Position numbers and translations under genes: made by a program. Below, piece by piece: positions 60,484 through 64,000 of a stretch of DNA of 64,000 bases. Below the pieces are notes generated by a model that did no database searches, had not been told where the DNA came from, and worked only from the letters and a program-made list of their open reading frames with translations. Numbering within the stretch: position 1 is the stretch's first letter; every line of letters begins with the position of its first letter. Source of the DNA: an uncultured Pelagibacteraceae bacterium (lineage in GTDB: Bacteria > Pseudomonadota > Alphaproteobacteria > Pelagibacterales > Pelagibacteraceae); the NCBI GenBank assembly GCA_902573705.1, contig CACGKR010000001.1:11175-75174 (forward strand), given 5' to 3'.

Positions 60484-61902
60484 TTATTTTTTTAAGGTTT
60501 GGAAAGCCAATAAAGCAGATTGGCGGGCGACCTCGTGAATCACAATTGGTTTGGGGTAATCTTTCCCAATAATTGTTTTGATAACTTCTTGATACTTAGC
60601 CTCCATTTCCCAAGGCTTGTGGATAAATTTAGATGGAACTTTCTTAAGTTCTGGTACCCATTTTTTTACATATAAACCTTCTTTGTCAAATTTTTCTCCC
60701 TGAAGTATAGGATTAAAAATTCTAAAATAAGGAGCTGCATCAGCACCACAGCCGGCAACCCACTGCCATTGAGCAACATTATTAGCTTTATTAAAATCAA
60801 GTAAACAATTTCTAAAATACTTCTCTCCTTCAGTCCAATTTATTCTTAAGTGTTTTACCAAAAAAGATCCAACAACCATTCTAATTCTATTATGCATCCA
60901 TCCTGTCTCATAAAGCTCTCTCATACCAGCATCGACAATTGGATAACCTGTCATTCCAGATTTCCATGCTCTTAAAAATTTTTCATTTTTGACCCAAGGA
61001 AATTTATCAAACTCTTTTCTATAATTTCCTTTTAAAAACTCTGGAAAATAATTTATTAAACTGTGTGAAAATTCTCGCCATCCCAATTCATTAATGTATT
61101 TTCTATAACCGATTCCTTTTGATTTTAATTCACTACATTTATTCCAAATTGTATTTACATGAATTTGTCCGTGTTTAATATAAGGAGATAGCTTAGATGT
61201 ACCTTCGATCGATGGATAATCTCTAGCAGTACCGTAATCTTTTATTTTACTTTCAACTAAATTATTGAGTATTTTTTTAGACTCACTTTCGGAAACTTTC
61301 CAATAATTTTCAAATTTTTTGTACCAATTATTTTTTGGTAGAATTTTTTTTGGCTCAATACAATTCTTAAATAATGATTGTATTTTTGTCTTCTTTTTTA
61401 CAATGTAATTTTTATTTAGAGGCAAGCTCAAAAATTTTTGCTCAGCATTTTTCCAAAAAGGTGTAAATACTTTGAAAGGTGTTCCGTCATTTTTTGTGAT
61501 TTCTTGAAACTCATTTAAAATATTTCCTTTAAAATACTTAAATCCAATCTCATTTTTTAAAAAAGAATCCCTAATTTTTTTCCCTTTAGCAATTACATCA
61601 GGCTCATAGATCTTGTTCCAATATATTGTAACATCATCTTTTTTTTTGATTTTAGAAAATATTTCTATTTCATCACCTGCTAAAATTTGAAGGTTTATTT
61701 TGTATTTAGATAATTCTGATTTAAATATTTCTAAAGATTTAAACAACCACCACTTTTGTGCTTCTCTTTTATTATCAAAGTCGGCCTTATTATAAATAAA
61801 CAAGGCGATTACATTTTCATGATTTTGCGACGCATATGAAAGAGCAGGATTGTTTTCAATTCTAAAGTCCTCTCTGATCCAAGCTATTGCGTTTTTTGTC
61901 AT
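60484..61902 (-). CDS. phrB: Class I CPD deoxyribodipyrimidine photolyase
   Basis: WIREDFRIENNPAL, TSKLSPY, WREF, TGYPIVDAGMREL..TGWMHNR, RIFNP; ATG 61902 preferred. Confidence 0.93.
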   Translation of the reverse strand: MTKNAIAWIREDFRIENNPALSYASQNHENVIALFIYNKADFDNKREAQKWWLFKSLEIFKSELSKYKINLQILAGDEIEIFSKIKKKDDVTIYWNKIYEPDVIAKGKKIRDSFLKNEIGFKYFKGNILNEFQEITKNDGTPFKVFTPFWKNAEQKFLSLPLNKNYIVKKKTKIQSLFKNCIEPKKILPKNNWYKKFENYWKVSESESKKILNNLVESKIKDYGTARDYPSIEGTSKLSPYIKHGQIHVNTIWNKCSELKSKGIGYRKYINELGWREFSHSLINYFPEFLKGNYRKEFDKFPWVKNEKFLRAWKSGMTGYPIVDAGMRELYETGWMHNRIRMVVGSFLVKHLRINWTEGEKYFRNCLLDFNKANNVAQWQWVAGCGADAAPYFRIFNPILQGEKFDKEGLYVKKWVPELKKVPSKFIHKPWEMEAKYQEVIKTIIGKDYPKPIVIHEVARQSALLAFQTLKK

Positions 61903-61909
61903 ATAAATA

Positions 61910-63043
61910 TTATTTTCTTCCTTTAGATAGCAGCTGTTTGTAAAGTTTAACATCTGCATTTCCTTCGCATCCAATGACAAGAATGTTGGAATCTTCCTTC
62001 AAATTTAATAATTTTCTTGCTTTATGATTGTTAGCTAAACCTATAAGAGCAATAATCCCGGGAGTTGCACATTCACCTCCTATAATTGAACCTTTACTTA
62101 ATTTTCTATCTTTTAGCATCGCTGTCGTTTTAGCAACATTATTATCAGTAACAGACACGCAATAGTTAGAAGTTTTTTTTAATATTTGCCATGGAACAAG
62201 TGACATTTCATTACAAGACATCCCACCCATAATACTTTCTTTTTTAATGATTATTTTTTTCAGTTTATTTGCTCTTATACTTTGAAGTACACAATCCGCC
62301 CTGTCAGGTTCAACAACAATTATTTTTGGAATTCTTTTAAAATATTTTGCTACCCCAGCAACTACACCTGCTGCTAGTCCTCCAACACCAGCTTGAACAA
62401 ATATATGTGTTATGTAATGATTTGTTTGTTTAGATATTTCTTTTATCATAATAGAATATCCAGCCATTGTAAGTAGGGGAATATATTTATAGTTCTTGGT
62501 AGAAACGTCTTGAACAATTTGCCAATTATTCTTTTTTGAAAGTCTTTTGCATTCCTTTAAAGAATTCTCATAATTTCCCTTAACTCTTATTACCTCAGCA
62601 TCAAATTTCTCTATTTCACGAACTCTTGTTTGACTCACATATTGACTTACAAAAATTTTACATTTTAGATTTAATCTTTTTGCACCCCAAGCAACGGACC
62701 TACCATGGTTACCAGCTGTTGCTGATGAAATTACTATATTTTTTTTTCCTTTAGATATTTTTTCTACAGCGTATGCTCCTCCTAAAGCTTTAAAAGACTT
62801 TAAGTGAAACCTCTTAGATTCATCTTTATAAAATATATTGTTAAATTTTAAATTTTTCCTTAATTTATTAAGTGATAAAAGAGGTGTTGTTCTATAATTT
62901 TTCCAACTAGATATTGATTTATAGGCATTAGTGATTAATGCAGACGGTAGATGTTTTAAAACATAATTTCTTTTAAAATTAAAATGATTATTTCTTAATA
63001 ATTTTTTATATTTCCAGCTTTTAAGATTTTTTAAGCTTTTCAC
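61910..63043 (-). CDS. dpaL: Diaminopropionate ammonia-lyase (PLP, fold type II)
   Basis: KDESKRFHLKSFKALGG, ATAGNHG, QAGVGG, SIMGGMSC; GTG start. Confidence 0.8.
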   Translation of the reverse strand: MKSLKNLKSWKYKKLLRNNHFNFKRNYVLKHLPSALITNAYKSISSWKNYRTTPLLSLNKLRKNLKFNNIFYKDESKRFHLKSFKALGGAYAVEKISKGKKNIVISSATAGNHGRSVAWGAKRLNLKCKIFVSQYVSQTRVREIEKFDAEVIRVKGNYENSLKECKRLSKKNNWQIVQDVSTKNYKYIPLLTMAGYSIMIKEISKQTNHYITHIFVQAGVGGLAAGVVAGVAKYFKRIPKIIVVEPDRADCVLQSIRANKLKKIIIKKESIMGGMSCNEMSLVPWQILKKTSNYCVSVTDNNVAKTTAMLKDRKLSKGSIIGGECATPGIIALIGLANNHKARKLLNLKEDSNILVIGCEGNADVKLYKQLLSKGRK

Positions 63044-63044
63044 T

Positions 63045-64000
63045 TTAGCAATCTAGAGTATTTTGTCTTTCCCATTTGGTTATAGGTTTTGACTTATCAA
63101 ATTTCTCTACATTATCAAATTCTTTAATTTCTATACTTCGAAGCTTTATATAACTATCAATTACATCAACACCAAAAGCCTCATTCATTTCTTTATTTTG
63201 TTTTAATTGTTTTAAAGATTGATCTAACTCATCAGGAAGTTTTGGAAGATCTGGATATTTTGCAAAATCTTCGTACATATTGCAATCAAGAGGTTTACCA
63301 GGATCAATCTTATTTTTAATGCCGTTAATTCCTGCTGCAAGAACACTTGCTTGAAGCAGATATGGATTAGCAGATCCATCCATTAATCTTAATTCAAATC
63401 TTCCTGGATCAGGAATTCTTATCATATGTGTTCTATTGTTACCGGTGTAAGATATACTACTCGGTGACCACGTTGCTCCTGATTTTGTTGGAGGTGCGTT
63501 AATTCTTCTGTAACTATTAATTGTTGGATTAAAAAATGCAGATAGAGATGAGGCATGTTTTATTACTCCACCCAAAAAATTATATGCCATTTTACTTAGA
63601 CCTAATTCATTAGATTTATCCAAAAATTTATTTCTCTTTCCATCCCAAACAGAAATATGTGCATGGCAACCATTTCCAGTTAAACTTTCAAATGGTTTAG
63701 GCATAAACGTTGCTCTGAGACCATGCTTTTCAGCAATGGTTTTTACCATGTATTTAAAAAATGTATGTCTATCTGCGGTCTTCAAACAATCTGAGTAATC
63801 CCAATTCATTTCAAATTGGCCATTAGCATCTTCATGATCATTTTGATAAGGACCCCATCCCATCTCAATCATACAATCGCAAATTTCTTTAATTAAATCA
63901 TATCTTCTCATTAATGCTGATTGGTCATAACATGGTTTTGATTGAGTGTCTCTTGGATCAGCAATTGACTCTCCATCTGAAGATATCAAAAAATATTCAC
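63045..64000 (-). CDS. GlnT-type glutamine synthetase / gamma-glutamylmethylamide synthetase-like, 5' end outside the window
   Basis: YQNDHEDANGQFEMN, TFMPKPF, GNGCHAH, NNRTHMIR, ELRLMDGSANPY; frame stays open to the window edge. Confidence 0.85.
   Translation of the reverse strand, partial: EYFLISSDGESIADPRDTQSKPCYDQSALMRRYDLIKEICDCMIEMGWGPYQNDHEDANGQFEMNWDYSDCLKTADRHTFFKYMVKTIAEKHGLRATFMPKPFESLTGNGCHAHISVWDGKRNKFLDKSNELGLSKMAYNFLGGVIKHASSLSAFFNPTINSYRRINAPPTKSGATWSPSSISYTGNNRTHMIRIPDPGRFELRLMDGSANPYLLQASVLAAGINGIKNKIDPGKPLDCNMYEDFAKYPDLPKLPDELDQSLKQLKQNKEMNEAFGVDVIDSYIKLRSIEIKEFDNVEKFDKSKPITKWERQNTLDC

Noticed and set aside
60618-60626. Second perfect DnaA box, suggesting oriC
   Set aside because: Inside the phrB coding sequence; no box cluster or origin-associated genes
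61903-61980. Long photolyase N-terminus overlapping dpaL
   Set aside because: The photolyase domain starts at MTKNAIAWIRED (61902); the overlap is a longest-ORF artefact
1-64000. CRISPR arrays, tRNA/rRNA genes, IS elements, programmed frameshifts
   Set aside because: No regularly spaced repeats, cloverleaf/rRNA-like segments, transposase ORFs or split genes seen by eye; intergenic gaps are mostly too short

Overview
Very AT-rich, tightly packed alphaproteobacterial chromosomal DNA with many abutting or overlapping genes. Gene content and streamlining fit 'Candidatus Pelagibacter' (SAR11), inferred from protein families and architecture. The first ~26 kb is mostly core: dksA, two glycosyltransferases, ppc, tolC, recA, alaS, icd, psd-pssA, rlmE, guaB, guaA, panB. 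It is interrupted by three secreted enzymes (a serine hydrolase and two polysaccharide-lyase-fold proteins) and by a umuDC pair with an alphaproteobacterial SOS box; recA has a similar box. From ~25.9 to ~52 kb is a large catabolic neighbourhood for zwitterionic and methylated N compounds. It includes a trigonelline-pathway-like (tgn) operon with a structured 5' leader, a TauD + GMC oxidoreductase unit, gamma-butyrobetaine/carnitine enzymes, ectoine genes, a PotABCD-type ABC transporter with an independently promoted binding protein, agmatinase and ArgE. The right end holds acnA, yfgM/bamB-like genes, zapE, photolyase, diaminopropionate ammonia-lyase and a truncated GlnT/GmaS-type synthetase. 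The most notable unannotated signal is a 58-aa, 8-Cys ORF (60018-60194) missing from the ORF track. It lies downstream of a palindromic pair of Fur-box-like sites and upstream of a DUF2061-like membrane protein. No tRNA, rRNA, CRISPR array, transposase or integrase was seen.
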